Shown here in pieces: positions 1 to 12,107 of a DNA stretch of 64,000 nucleotides. The position numbers and the translations under genes are program-made. How positions within the stretch are numbered: position 1 is the first letter of the stretch; each line of letters opens with the position of its first letter. The DNA comes from Mobula hypostoma (taxonomy: Eukaryota). A model generated the notes under the pieces. The model was not told where the DNA came from, searched no databases, and saw only the letters and a list, made by a program, of their open reading frames with translations. Location of the stretch: positions 43,958,001 to 44,022,000 of the forward strand of contig NC_086102.1 of the NCBI RefSeq assembly GCF_963921235.1, in the 5' to 3' direction.

Positions 1-1385
1 CCAGCACATCATCCTTCAAATCCGTAATCACACACAGGGGCGTGGTCCCTCTAAGCCTTCAGGAATAGGGTCTTTGGCCCTCAGGGCTGTGGTCTGGTCA
101 ATGACAGTGCACCTGTTCAGAGTCCTATAATCCACACACATGCTGCCTACATCTTCCACGGCTACAGGGTCCAGTCGTTGCGACCTCTCTCTCACCAAGG
201 TGTCTTCAGCAGCCATCTCCCCTCCCTCGTGGTATTTTGGAGCATCTACAAAGAGGGTCTCTTCCTCAGATACTTCTCCCAGGCCGTACCACAATCGGCT
301 CTCGTTTAAATTCGGTACTGGCCCAAGGCTGCTACACACGTCCTCACAGCAGCTCAAAATGCTGGGTGCATGGACAATGCCCCATGCACTCCAGGTTCAC
401 TAACCGATCATCTAGTGCCCTTAATGTTGTCAAGGGTAAATGGTTCAGACACCGGTTGTAAAACGAACTGTACAACAACTTGACCTGTGCCCCGGTGTCG
501 AGGATGAATTTAGCATAACTTCCATCTATCTGTCGATCGGTAGCTGCTGTTTGATTTTCTTCAAACTGAAGCACTTAGCCTGGGCTGCCTCTTCATCCTC
601 CAGCAGTCGAGACGTCAGCTTCTTCTCTAATTCCTCCCTCAACCAAGCACTGCCATTCATCTAACAACTGAGCGATCCGCTCCACCCACGTCTCATACAC
701 CTCCGCCCCTTTAGGGGTGGACAATATCCCAAAAGCCAGGCGGAGCCTGCCATAGCTGGAACATTCATTCGCCGACACTATCTCCAAATCAGACCACTCC
801 TTCCTCTCTCTAACAGTATGGACAGCGCCTGGTCCCACCACTAACTTGTCAGCACTAGTCTGAACTCGAACAAAGACTCTAACCAACACACATGCGGTAA
901 TAACCAGCAATCCTACAGAAACACATATTACTAATTTAAACAGGGCAATCATGTAGCAACCACTGAATTCAATCCCAGACGAGCCCCCAAATATAGCCCC
1001 CTGGTAAGCCTCAGGCTCGCTCAACTCGCTGTTAACTAGGGGAAACAGCCTTCAGCCCTGCCAAATTGGAAAATTCACCACGGTGGTCGACCAGACTCTC
1101 CACACTAGTCTGTCTTCGTCTCCCTTCCTTGCCGAAGACCCTGAACCTCAGACTCTGGCTCAGGGTCCGTCTCGTCGGCCAGCTCACAGCATCGTGTCCA
1201 CTCTCTCTCTCCCCATCGTGCCTTCTGCCCAAAAACCTGCACACCACAATAGCTTACGGACACACAAGAAAGAATAACATCTATCCCAATTGGTTCGTTC
1301 TCTCTATTATCAATAATATAACACAAACAAGCTGCTAGCGAGAGAACTTTCTCAGCAGTTAACATAACAAAGAAGCCATTTTAAT
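1..1385 (-). mobile_element. Decayed Ty3/Gypsy LTR retrotransposon fragment (LTR, PNMA-type gag, protease, start of RT)
   Basis: Broken minus-strand ORFs encode a PNMA-like gag (YGRLRLAFG...[15 protein letters not shown]), an aspartic protease (ILDTGAQV) and an RT motif (MCVDYRTLN). The LTR-like part is approximately 847-1385; boundaries are approximate. Confidence 0.8.
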
Positions 1386-1420
1386 TAGCCTATGCAGTAA
1401 CATAAAAGAAACCCCTTAAA

Positions 1421-1700
1421 TATAGGAAGAGGTACAGTCAACATTTCGGGCCGAGAACCTTCGTCAGGACCAACTGAAAGAAGAGATAGTAAGAGATTTG
1501 AAAGTGGGAAGGGGAGGGCGAGATCCCCCCTCCTTCTCAGTTTCAAATCTCTTACTATCTCTTCTTTCAGTTGGTCCTGACAAAGGGTCTCGGCCCGAAA
1601 TGTCAGCTGTACCTCTTCCTATAGATGCTGCCTGGCCTGCTGCATTCACCAGCAATTCGTGTGTGTTGCTTGAATTTCCAGCATCTGCAGATTTCCTTGT
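1421..1700. repeat. Penelope-like-element (PLE) tail fragments in inverted orientation, forming a ~200-bp palindrome (1421-1623)
   Basis: 1421-1518 is the near reverse complement of ~1527-1623. Each arm carries a ctgac(g/a)aagg...cggcccgaaa motif. Confidence 0.75.
1435..1472 (-). ncRNA. Minimal type I hammerhead-ribozyme-like motif (PLE-associated)
   Basis: The minus strand reads GGTC-CTGACGA-A-GGTTCTCGGCCC-GAAA-TGTT-GACTG. This gives the CUGAnGA and GAAA core with stem I GGUC/GACU; there is an extra A after the core. Confidence 0.55.
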
Positions 1701-2324
1701 GAGTACTATATATCCTGTCAGTTATTCATCATTAACAGATTATTCTTCCCTCCTTAATAAAAGCAACGTACGCATTTAACCTATCTGATAGCCTTCATGC
1801 ACAGAAACATTACCCACGATGTGCTGGAACATTACCAGTGGATAATGGCTTCAACTGGGTGCACTAAACTGATCCAGTTGTGCTGGCGGTGAAGTGCAAA
1901 GAATCAGGTAATCCTGCATCAGTATGCATCTGGCATTGGGATAGACCATGAAAGACACTATCACTGACAGTATATAGTATTCTGAAAGGCTACCTCACTC
2001 TCTGGTATGGGGGGAGGGCTACTGCACAGGACCAAAAGAAGCTACAGAAAGTTGTAAAATTAGTCAGCTCCATCTTGGGTGCTAGCCTCCGTGGTATCCA
2101 AGACATCTTCAAGGAGCAGGGCATCAGAAAGATGGGGTCCATTATTAAGGGCAGTCATCACCCATGACATGCCCGCTGCTCATCGTTACTGTCGGGAAGG
2201 AGGTACCGAAGCCTGAAGGCACACATTTTGCGATTCAGGAACACTGTTATGCAATACTATTCCGAAATGGACATTGAACCCATGAACACCTCACATTTTT
2301 AATGCATTATTTCAGCTTTGCACT

Positions 2325-2468
2325 NNNNNNNNNNNNNNNNNNNNNNNNNNNNNNNNNNNNNNNNNNNNNNNNNNNNNNNNNNNNNNNNNNNNNNNNNNNN
2401 NNNNNNNNNNNNNNNNNNNNNNNNNNNNNNNNNNNNNNNNNNNNNNNNNNNNNNNNNNNNNNNNNNNN
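2325..2468. other. Assembly gap (144 N)
   Basis: Run of N. Confidence 1.
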
Positions 2469-3539
2469 TCTTTATTTTTTTTCTATATGTATTGCATAGA
2501 ACTACTGCTGCTAGGTTAACAAATTTCATGATACATGCCAGTGACAATAAACTTGATTCTGATTCTGACAACATTGCATGTGTGACACTGTACAAATACA
2601 GAATCACCTACAATCACAAGATCCAGTGTCAAATTCTTCCTTCTGTTTCACCTGTTTTAAACACACTGTGAAACTAAGCTCTGACTTCACCAACCCACAT
2701 ACCTGTCTGCCATCAGCAGGAGAATGATGTATTCCAGTAGCAGATCAGGAAGTGTGGAACTTTTAGACTTGGTTTCATCTTCAGTGATATTGTTCAGGCC
2801 ATCTTCACAGGTCCTCAGTGACTTAATCTTCCATTGGTCCTTCAAATGAAAACTGTTTTCCCCTCCGGTCAGAAGGAAACTGGATATTGAGATGACATGG
2901 ATGGAAAAGAACACTGGAGCTGTGGTGAGTAGTGTATTGCAAAATGGAAGCACGATCTTCAGCCCACTGGCAATGCTGAACACAGCAATCTCCCTGATAG
3001 TCCCTTTTGCATGCAATTCCCCCAGAACTCCCCAGACCCCTCACCTCTATATACCTGTTCCAATGCCTCTCAGATACTTTGTACCTGCTTCAACCACTTA
3101 CTCTGGCATTTCATTTCAAGTACTGACTACTTTCTGTGTAAAGAAGTTGCCTTTCAGGTCTCTTTAGTCTCTCCCTTCTTATCTTGTATCTATGCTCTCT
3201 AGTTTTGTGTTCCTCTTTCCGGGGAAAAGACTATAGCCATCCATGTTATCCATACCCCTTATGATTCTATAAAGCTCGATAAACCATGGAGAAGTTCAAA
3301 TATGCAAGAAAACATTGAACTCAAATGGGTCAAGGACAGTGGAAGCAAAACTAAAAAATTGCCTTTGTTCTTGCCATGTAATTGAAGGAATGGAGGCTGT
3401 TATTTGGTGAAGCTGCTCTGTAATCTCCATTTTGTGAACTTTTTGAGAACTGATTCATGCTCTGGGATAATATAATCAGAGCAATTGAACAAGGACACAA
3501 GGAGGTTTTGCTATTAATCTGTTAAATCTGAGATCATTC

Positions 3540-4020
3540 TCAGATAAGCTGCATACTATAGAGAGAGTGCAGAGGAGATTTACAAGGATGTTGCCTGGAT
3601 TGGCTGGCGTACCTTACAAGAATAGGTTGAGTGTACTTGGCTTTTTCTCCTTGGAGCAAGGGAAGATGAGAGAGGTGTATAAGATGAGGGGCATTGATCG
3701 TGTGGATAGCCAGAGGCTTTTCCTCAGGGCTGAAATGGCTAATAAGAAGGGGCATAGTATTAATGTGCTTGGAATTAGGTACCGAGGGGATGCCAGGAGT
3801 AAGTTTTTCCACACAGAGTAGTCGGTGCGTGGAATGCACTGCCAGTGGCAGTGGTGGAGGTGGATACAAAAGGGTCTTTTAAAAGACTCTTAGATAGATA
3901 CATGGAGCTTAGTAAAAAAGATGGCTATGCCCTAGGGAAATTCTAGGCAGTCTGTAGAGTAGGTTACATGGTTGGCACAACATTGTGGGCTGAAGGTCCT
4001 GTAATGTTTGCTGTAAATTT
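3540..4020 (+). mobile_element. CR1-type LINE 3' fragment
   Basis: The ORF remnant QRRFTRMLPGLAG..Y.NRL..LGFFSL is the C-terminus of CR1 ORF2. Confidence 0.8.
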
Positions 4021-4146
4021 TTATGTTTTATAAGCTGTGTATCGTGTACAATGGCAAGTTTGCAGAAGTAATCTCATTATCTTGGCTCAGTGTCCGAGTG
4101 ATCTGGTTTGATTGGTTTGAACCAAAATCGAAGGGAACAAAAGAAG

Positions 4147-4680
4147 TCACTTTAAGGCATGAAGTTGTGTAGCCCTTTGCATACATCCAATGGGAAGGTG
4201 ATTATAGTCAGTCTGATGACCCATGGCCAAAAACACTGAAATGCAATATTTGAACTGGTAAGGTATGAATATAAAACCACAGGCTTCCAATCTTTGTAAA
4301 TCTCTTCTGCACCCTCTCCAGGATGACAATGTCTTTCTGATAACAGGGTGACCAAAACAGTACACGACATTGCAAGTACAGCCTCACCAATGACTTTTAT
4401 AACAGAAATACACTGAAACTCAGCTGACCGGTGAAAGCTATTAAACAGTTTCTTCACAACCCTGTCTAATAGCGCAGCCAATTTCAGCAAATTGTGGATT
4501 TGTTCTCCTAAGTCCCTCTGTTCCATAACACTGGTCAGTGCCCTAAAATTTATTGTATAAATCCTACCTTGTTTTGAAAGTTCAAAATGCATCACCTCAA
4601 TTTTACCTAAGCTGAAATCCACTTGCCATTCCTCAGCCCATCTCCCTAACTGATGGATATCTGTATGCAATTCACCATAA
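4147..4680 (-). mobile_element. CR1-type LINE RT fragment
   Basis: LGRWAEEWQVDFSLGKIEVMHF and FWSPCYQKDIVILERVQKRFT are typical of CR1 RT. Confidence 0.8.
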
Positions 4681-4681
4681 A

Positions 4682-5545
4682 TGTCATAAGGGGGCGCTGG
4701 GAGCAGACTCAAATGCAAGGCACAGACACTGAAGTACTAGGAACAGGACTTGACTAGAGAGCTGAGTTAGGGACATGACAGGATGCAGACTAGGAGCTGG
4801 GACAAGAACACAGACTTGGGCTAGGACATTGGCTAGGCAAGTGGGACCAGGACTAGGAACTGGGAACTAGGAGCCTGGGCTTGGACTCCGAGCCAGAGAC
4901 TGGACAAGGACCCAGAACCTGGGTCTTGACTCGGGCTCAGACCCCAGAACTAGGCAAGGACATGACGTGGCTACAGGATGTGACGAGGCGAGGATGTGAC
5001 CAGGCTTGGGTTCCTCGAGGTGAGGACGTGACAAGGCTTGGGTTCCTCGAGGCGAGGATGTGACGAGGCTGGACAAGGACCCAGAACCTAGGTCTTGACT
5101 CAGGCTCGGACTCCCGAACTAGGCGAAGATATGACGTGGTCTTGGGAGACAAGACTAGGCGAGGCGAGGAACACAGAGCCATGGTTGAGGGAAAGACAGG
5201 AACACAGAGCTTTGGTCAAGGGAGAGACAGGAACACAGAGACATGGAACAGAAAGCCAGGACCCCTCCTTGGGATCAGGACTTGGGGCCGGGGCTCTACA
5301 CAGAGTCAGGACCCCTCCTAGGGAGCAGGGTGTAGGGCCGGGACTCGTACACAAAACTCTGAAACAGTTCTGCACTCAAGGTAGCGGCAAACAGCCAGAC
5401 CTACCTAATGAAGGCGTGGACACAGATAGTTCAAAACAACAATAGACAGTTCCTTATCTTACTCCAGCGATTGAACTTGACAGGAGGCGAGGGGAAGGCA
5501 TTCAGACAGGGGGTATGGACAGGAACAATCTAGCAGCCAGAGGCG
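4682..5545. mobile_element. LTR-like repeat with an internal ~33-bp tandem array (same family as 63330-64000)
   Basis: Starts TGTCATAAG and has TGACA at 5478-5482. It is clearly similar to 63330-64000. No TSD was found. Confidence 0.65.
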
Positions 5546-5643
5546 TCTTCTTCTTCTTCTTCCTCCTCTTCTTCCTCCTCTTCTTCCTCCTCTTCTTGTT
5601 TAGGTGCATGTAGGCGTATTACAGCCCGCCGCAGGATGTATAA

Positions 5644-8600
5644 TTAATTATAGAACTTCAAGGAACTCATTCTCGAATCCAACCTGGTCTCACATATAAA
5701 CTGAATAATAAACTCTTCAATCAGATGTTCATTCTCCTGATGGCCAAACAAAGATTTAATAGAAAACCAAAATAAATTTAAACCAGATAGCCTCTTGAAC
5801 AACATGCTTCTTTCAATTTTGTATCGATTACAGCTCAGCAAAACATGCTGGACTACCACAGTCACATAATCCAGTAGGACATTTTCCTATTATCTTTAAA
5901 TAATAGTTTAACCCACAATGCCCCAGCCCAAGTCTTGTTAATTTCACCACATCTCTACGACTTAAAAGGTAACAGTCTGAGACCTTTTTAACTAGTGGGT
6001 GACTAGAAAAATAATGCCTGCCCCTTAATTCATTTTTCCAATCCTCCTGCCATTTCTTCTCTATACCTTTTTTAATCCTACTTCTCAATTCTGCTCTGCC
6101 TAGGGGAACTCTAATTTCTACTTGCCTGCTCTGTAAGGAAGACTTTGCAATGCCATCCACAATTTCATTTCCCTCCACCCCAGCATGCCCAGGTATCCAT
6201 GAAAATCTAACTGCACAACCCATCTTCCCTACTCTAAACAACACTAAGAGAATCTCAATAACTATGTCAGGATGAGCTTTTGATTTAATTCCTTTTATAC
6301 CCTCTCAGGCAGCAGCAGAATCTGAACAGATGATAACCCTACGTGGTCGAGAGTCTTCTATCCACCATAAGGCCCAGAGGATTGCTAATAATTCTGTTGC
6401 AAAGACAGAAACACCATCTGAAACCCAGTGACCAACCTTAACTCCAAGTTGAGACACATACATCCCAAATCCTGCCCTACTGCTCTCTGGGTCCACTGAG
6501 CTATCAGTAAAAATCTTCAGATAAGATCCCCATTTATTATTTAAATATTCATTTGTGATCAACGCTGAGGAACTTGCACTGCTTCCTTGAAGCTGAAAAA
6601 GGAGAAATAGGTCTACTTCTGGTTCTGGAAAGAGCCAAAAAGGGACGGGTGGCAAGCAAATCTGGTCAACTATGTCTTCCTCAGTCAGTTTCAATTTCAC
6701 AGCCCAGTTATTAACCGAATCTAAAAATGGGTATCTTTTAATTTTACTTTGGCGCTCCAACTTCCCTTGCAAAAGACACTTTGATGGACAGCTGTGATTG
6801 AATCCATTTAGTTTTACCCAATACTGCAGGCCCAACTGAATTCGTCTTAAATGTAGAGGCACTTCTCCCATCTCCACACTTAATGCCAGGACTGATGTTG
6901 TTCTAAAAGCTCCACAACAGAGTCTAAGTGCTTTGGGCTGCACAGTGTCTAGTTTTCCAAGCACTGTTGTAGCAGTGGAACCACAAGCAATACAACCATA
7001 ATCTATAACTGATCTAATCATAGCTAGATATATTAAGTACATAGTTTCCCGCCCTGCTCCCCAGTCACATCCAGCAATACTTCTCATAACATTTAAAACT
7101 TTCTCATACTTTCCAATTGCTTTATCTATATGAACCCTCCAAGTAAGTCTTTCATCAAACCAGACACCTAAAAACTTGAATACCTTGACTCTTTCTAGTG
7201 GAGAATCATATAGACACAATTCACAAGCAGGAATCTTTCTTCTAAAGCCAAAAATCATGTATTTGGACTTAGAAGCAGAAATCCTGAAACCCTATTTACT
7301 AGCCCAGTTTTCAACTGATCTTAAAGCCTTTTGTACCTGCCTCAATATATACTTGATGTTTCTTCCTCTTTTCCAGATTGCACTATTGTCTACAAACAGT
7401 GATCTGCCAAATCCTGTCCCTACCTGATCAAAGATATCATTTATCATGACATTAAAAAGAACTGGACTAACGACACTTCCTTGAGGGGTACCATTACCTA
7501 TTTTAACTGGCTTGGAGCTTGTTCTGCCTATTCTTACTTGAATTGTCCTTCCCTTAAGGAAATCTTTGATCCAATTAAACATTCTACCTCTAATTCCCGC
7601 ATCATGGTTTAATTAATAAGCCATCCCTCCATAGTGAGTCATATGCTCTTTCAATATCTAGAAATACACTTATCATTACTTCTCTATCTTGAAACGCTTT
7701 TTTAATATCATGATCTAAAAGGGCAACAGATTCCATTGTTAATCTTCCAGTTCTAAAACCAGGGGTAGGCAGCAAAATGTCCCTTATTTTCCAAAAAATA
7801 AACAAGTCTGTTGGTGACCATACGTTCCATAATTTTACAAAGCACTGACGTTAAAGCTATAGGCCAATACGAACTAGGACTGGACATGTCCTTACCTGGC
7901 TTTAAAACTGGAGCTACCACCACATGCTTCCATTCTACTGGTAATTTTCCTTCTTTCCACACTGAATTAAACAATGCTAGAATTTCTATTAATACAGAGT
8001 CTTCTAAATGTTTAAGCAATTCATAACACAGTCCATCCCGACCAGGAGAAGTGTTTGAACCCGATTGGACAGCTTCCTGCAATTCCTGAAGGGAGAAAAA
8101 CAAATTTATGGAGCTATTATCATCCAAACTCCTGTCCAATTTCCAACTTTCCTTTAACACAATTTCCTTTCTCAAATCACCTAACTCTCCAGAACTGTGT
8201 AACACTTGGAACACCTCTACAAACATATCAGCCTTTTCTTTATTGGTTACAGCTTCAATATCTCCTTCCAGCAAAGCTACATATCCCTGACATTCTGTGA
8301 ATGATCGTACATAGCTGCTTTATAGGTGTCTCAGGGCTCAGGGTTCCACAAAATCTTCTCCAACTATCCCTCTTTGCATTTTTAATTACTCTCCTTGCTA
8401 CTGATCTTTCCTTTTTATATTCCATGACATTATCTAACACTGGGTACTTTCTTAATTTTCTGTAAGCTCTATTTCTGTTTCTTACTGCTATATCACAATT
8501 TTTATTCCACCACAGAACTAGTGCTCAAGCCTTAGGAACATTCCATAGCAGAATAGTCAACTGAGCAATGTTATGAATTATAGAACAGAGGGATTCATTC

Positions 8601-9344
8601 CAATCATCTATGGAGCCCTTGCTATTAATCTCTTCTATTATATCCACAATTTTTGCCTGGTACTCAACCCAATGGGCCAAAGAAAAATTATACCTAGCAG
8701 CCCTCTCCTCAACTTCTACTATCAAATTTCTACCAAATCTACATAATATAGGATAGTGATCACATCCTAGTGTGTATCAGTCCATAACATCCCATTCCCC
8801 AACCATAGATAAGTCTGTGACTACAAGTATTCTTTACAATATTAAATCTTGTAGGCCTTCCGTTATTTAGCAGTACCATGTTGTATTTATCTAGAAACTC
8901 CTCTACTACCGCTCCATTACTATCTTAATTTTCACTACCCCATATAGGATTATGGGCATTGAAATCTCCAACCCAGATTACTGGGGATTTTACCTTATTC
9001 GTAATTTCATCACAATCTGATAACATCATATTACCTGGATTATAAAAGTTAATCAAAATTATTTGACCATGAGAGCTCCAAAACTCCATAATTTCAAGTT
9101 TAGATTTAAAATCAAGTCTTCTAAACTGGAGTCCTGTTTTTATGAATGTTGCACACCCTCCAGCAGATTTACCCGTTCTGTCAGCTCTCAAACTATCATA
9201 TCCAGGGATCACAAAATCTAGATGAGACTTTAACCATGTCTCCTGTATACAGATCAAATCAGGCTTGTCTTTAAAAGTTCCAAGTAATCTTTTTAATTCT
9301 TGACCATTTGCAGATAAACTTCTTGTAATATTAAAAACATCCAA
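5644..9344 (-). pseudogene. LINE ORF2 (APE-RT-RNase H), broken by stops and frameshifts
   Basis: ORF-track pieces 8925-9344, 7753-8274, 7292-7805, 6305-7258, 5828-6244 and 5644-5865 give the domains in order. Confidence 0.9.
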
Positions 9345-9680
9345 ATACTAATTATTGGCCTCTTCATCCACATAAAGCTCCTCCGTACTCTCTGATCCCG
9401 ACAACTGGGAAGTATTCAGTGTTTGTTTGTCTGTCATATACTCATGTAATTTTTCCGGTGAAATCTGTTTTATATCAAGGAATCTCACTGCAGCTCCAAC
9501 AACTACTTTTATCATATCCGACCTCTTGGCTGTAGTTTTAGCCCCGACCAGTACATCAACAACAAACTCCAAAAAAGACTCTTTAATCATCAGCAACACA
9601 CCTGAAGGAACCATAGTTGGAAAACTCAGAATGAACTGACTCCCCATCATTCCAATCTTTTCTTTACTTATCCTTTGCTC

Positions 9681-10429
9681 TCAATCAACTTTCTTTACTG
9701 CCTCAGCATATGATATTTTTTGTTGGATACTAACATCCTGAATCCGCTTTGCCTTACTAAAATACTCACATCCTCTGAATGCCGCTATATGGTCCCCTCC
9801 ACAGTTACTGCGTTTAGGCACCGCTGCCTTGCATGCTTTAATATCATGATCCTCTCCACATTTCATACATCTTCTTTTACCTCGACATGAACCAGCAACG
9901 TGTCCAAATCTCTGGCAATTATAACAGCATAAGGGAGGTCTAATGTATTCTCTAACTTGATAAGACATGCATAAACTCTAGTTGGAAGAACATCACCTGC
10001 AAAAACCAGAAGAACAGAAGAATCCCAATTACCACCTTCTCTCAATTTTAATCGTTTGGCTTCAATCACTCGACCACCTTTAATATTGTCCAAAATTTCC
10101 TTTTCAGTCATGCCAGACCAAATACCATACACTACCCCCTTAACCCCCTTCCTTTCTTTCGGAGTAATACACTTCACTTTCACAACCAATTTTCCCACCA
10201 TTTTAGCACTGTTATATTGGTCAATATCTTTGCAACAAATTTTCAGCAATCCATTAGACAAAATCTTGGCCTGGGATCCTTTACCTATTTGGTTCTCTAA
10301 TGCTGCTTCCACTTTCAAAGGACTAAGGGCTCTAAATCCTCCTTCCCCTTCCTTCCGACCTTTAATTTTATACAGAACTATAAATTCCTCCAATTCACCT
10401 ATTTTCCTCAATTTGTTGTCTCCCATTAC
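9681..10429 (-). pseudogene. LINE ORF1 (gag-like zinc-knuckle protein), frameshifted
   Basis: ORFs 9863-10636 and 9681-9968 carry CX2CX4HX4C-type motifs. Confidence 0.8.
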
Positions 10430-10699
10430 TTCAGGTCTTTCACTTGATGCACCCTTTTTTTGGCTACCCTTACTTCTGGAGTATTCCACAGTCTCCCACC
10501 CTCCTACTTCAGTCTCAACCACGCCCCCCCACCTCCCTTTTGCAGCCCCCACCCACTCAATCAACAGCCCCAACTGCCAGTCTGGCCCAACCCCAACTTC
10601 CAGCCAGCAGCCCTGCCACAACAAAGAAGCATGCATGCAGCCAGCCCTCCCCAGAAGTGACTCCAGCCCAAGACCTCTTGCTCATCCCCCAGCCCAGGG

Positions 10700-10830
10700 C
10701 TTCTTCTTCTTCTTCTTCTTTTTTTCTTTTATGACGGTTGGCAACCAGTTTTTCGGTGCATTACCGCTACCTGCTAGACTTGTAGTGTTCCAACCAAATA
10801 TGTCCTGGAGTTCTCTACTTTAGACAATCT
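10700..10830 (-). mobile_element. Short 3' end of a related I/Nimb LINE with an (AAG)n tail
   Basis: The minus strand reads ...gcggtaatgcaccgaaaaactggttgccaaccgtcataaag(aag)n, which resembles the 3' end at 5598-5640. Confidence 0.6.
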
Positions 10831-10864
10831 AGCTCAGCCTGCAGTTCTCTATTAGCATCACTCT

Positions 10865-11230
10865 GTAGTTGCAATTCCTTATGAATGCTTAATGCACTCA
10901 CTATACTCCTTGCCCATCCTCTGGGATCCCCCCTCCCCTTTCTTTCTCCTTAGGCCTCCCGTCCCATGGTCCTTTCATATCCCTTTTGCCAATCAACTTT
11001 CCAGCTCTTAGCTTCATCCCTCCCCCCCCGTCTTCACCTATCATTTCAGATCTCTCCCTCACCCTCCCACTTTCAAATCTCTTACTATCTCTTCTTTCAG
11101 TTAGTCCTGACGAAGGGTTTCAGCCCGAAATGTTGACTGTACCTCTTCCTATAGATACTGCCTGGCCTGCTGCATTCACCAGCAATTTTTATGTGTGTTG
11201 CTTCAAATTCCAGCATCTGCAGATTTCCTC
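10865..11230 (+). mobile_element. PLE-derived 3' repeat containing a hammerhead-like motif at 11102-11139
   Basis: TAGTC-CTGACGA-A-GGGT-TTCA-GCCC-GAAA-TGTT-GACTG; same family as 1421-1700. Confidence 0.7.
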
Positions 11231-12107
11231 GTGGCTCACAGGTCATGTTGCTCCTGGGGTGTTAGTGTAGAGGCTGCATGTTCTGTTGTGACAGCATTGA
11301 GTTTGCTGTTCACACAGCTCTGCACTCAAACAAAGACTTTAAACCCTATCGGGTACAGATGGCTAGGGGTACCCTCACTAAAGGGAGGTTATAGCCACCT
11401 ACTCTTCAAAGGTCAGATCACTTTCTGTTTATCCTCCACGGCCAATACCCACTGTGTGAGTGGTTGATCTCCCCTCTCTACCAAAGAGGAGGTACTTCCA
11501 ACTAGCAAAGTAGTTTAAACACACTTCATTTATTTTTATTAATACTTTTTTTTAGGTAATGTTCTTAAAACACATTTAAAGCACACAGAGCATTTATGTC
11601 TTATAATAGATTTCCAAACTGCAAACAATTTTTAAAACACAAAGGATTTCCAAAATACCGGTACAATTCCTATAAGCTAAAAAGACATACCCACGAGATG
11701 CAGATGAATGAGATGTCCATTGCAGAAATCGAAGGCAGGGGAATGAATTCTATTCACCTTTCTGTCATTCTTCTTATCATTCCTGACTGCTCCTAAAAAG
11801 CCTGACTTCTCTCTAACTGTTGCTTTTTCACTACTTGGTGACTTCACATGCATGTAATGTTTTTCAGATACCTTTGTTGGGAAATTCACACAAATGGTCT
11901 AAAAACTTCTGGGAACAGAGTTCCCAGACACAGGGCCAGACTTTAGGCAGGGCTAGGCTGGGCTGCAGCCCAGGGGCCACAGCTACAGAGGGGCCTAAAA
12001 TAGGGAGCTATCATCATGGTGGACAAAAAAAGTACGAGAGTGGAGCGCAGAAAATTAATAAAGAAACGAGAGAAACAGGACTGTGAGAAAGAAGCATTAA
12101 AAAAGAC

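Larger units (their letters stand above)
5547..10700 (-). mobile_element. Near full-length degenerate I-group (Nimb-like) LINE with RNase H
   Basis: ORF1 has CCHC knuckles (CYNCQRFGHVAGSC). ORF2 has APE (IQETWL, GDFNAH), RT (GTPQGSVVSP, LFVD), RNase H (IFTDSS, WIPGHAGVEGNEIVD) and a C-terminal Zn knuckle. The (AAG)n-type tail is at 5547-5597. Confidence 0.9.

Noticed and set aside
2299-2671. ORFs spanning the N run
   Set aside because: These are artefacts of the assembly gap.
10056-10823. 255-aa plus-strand ORF
   Set aside because: It is the antisense shadow of LINE ORF1 plus low-complexity sequence.
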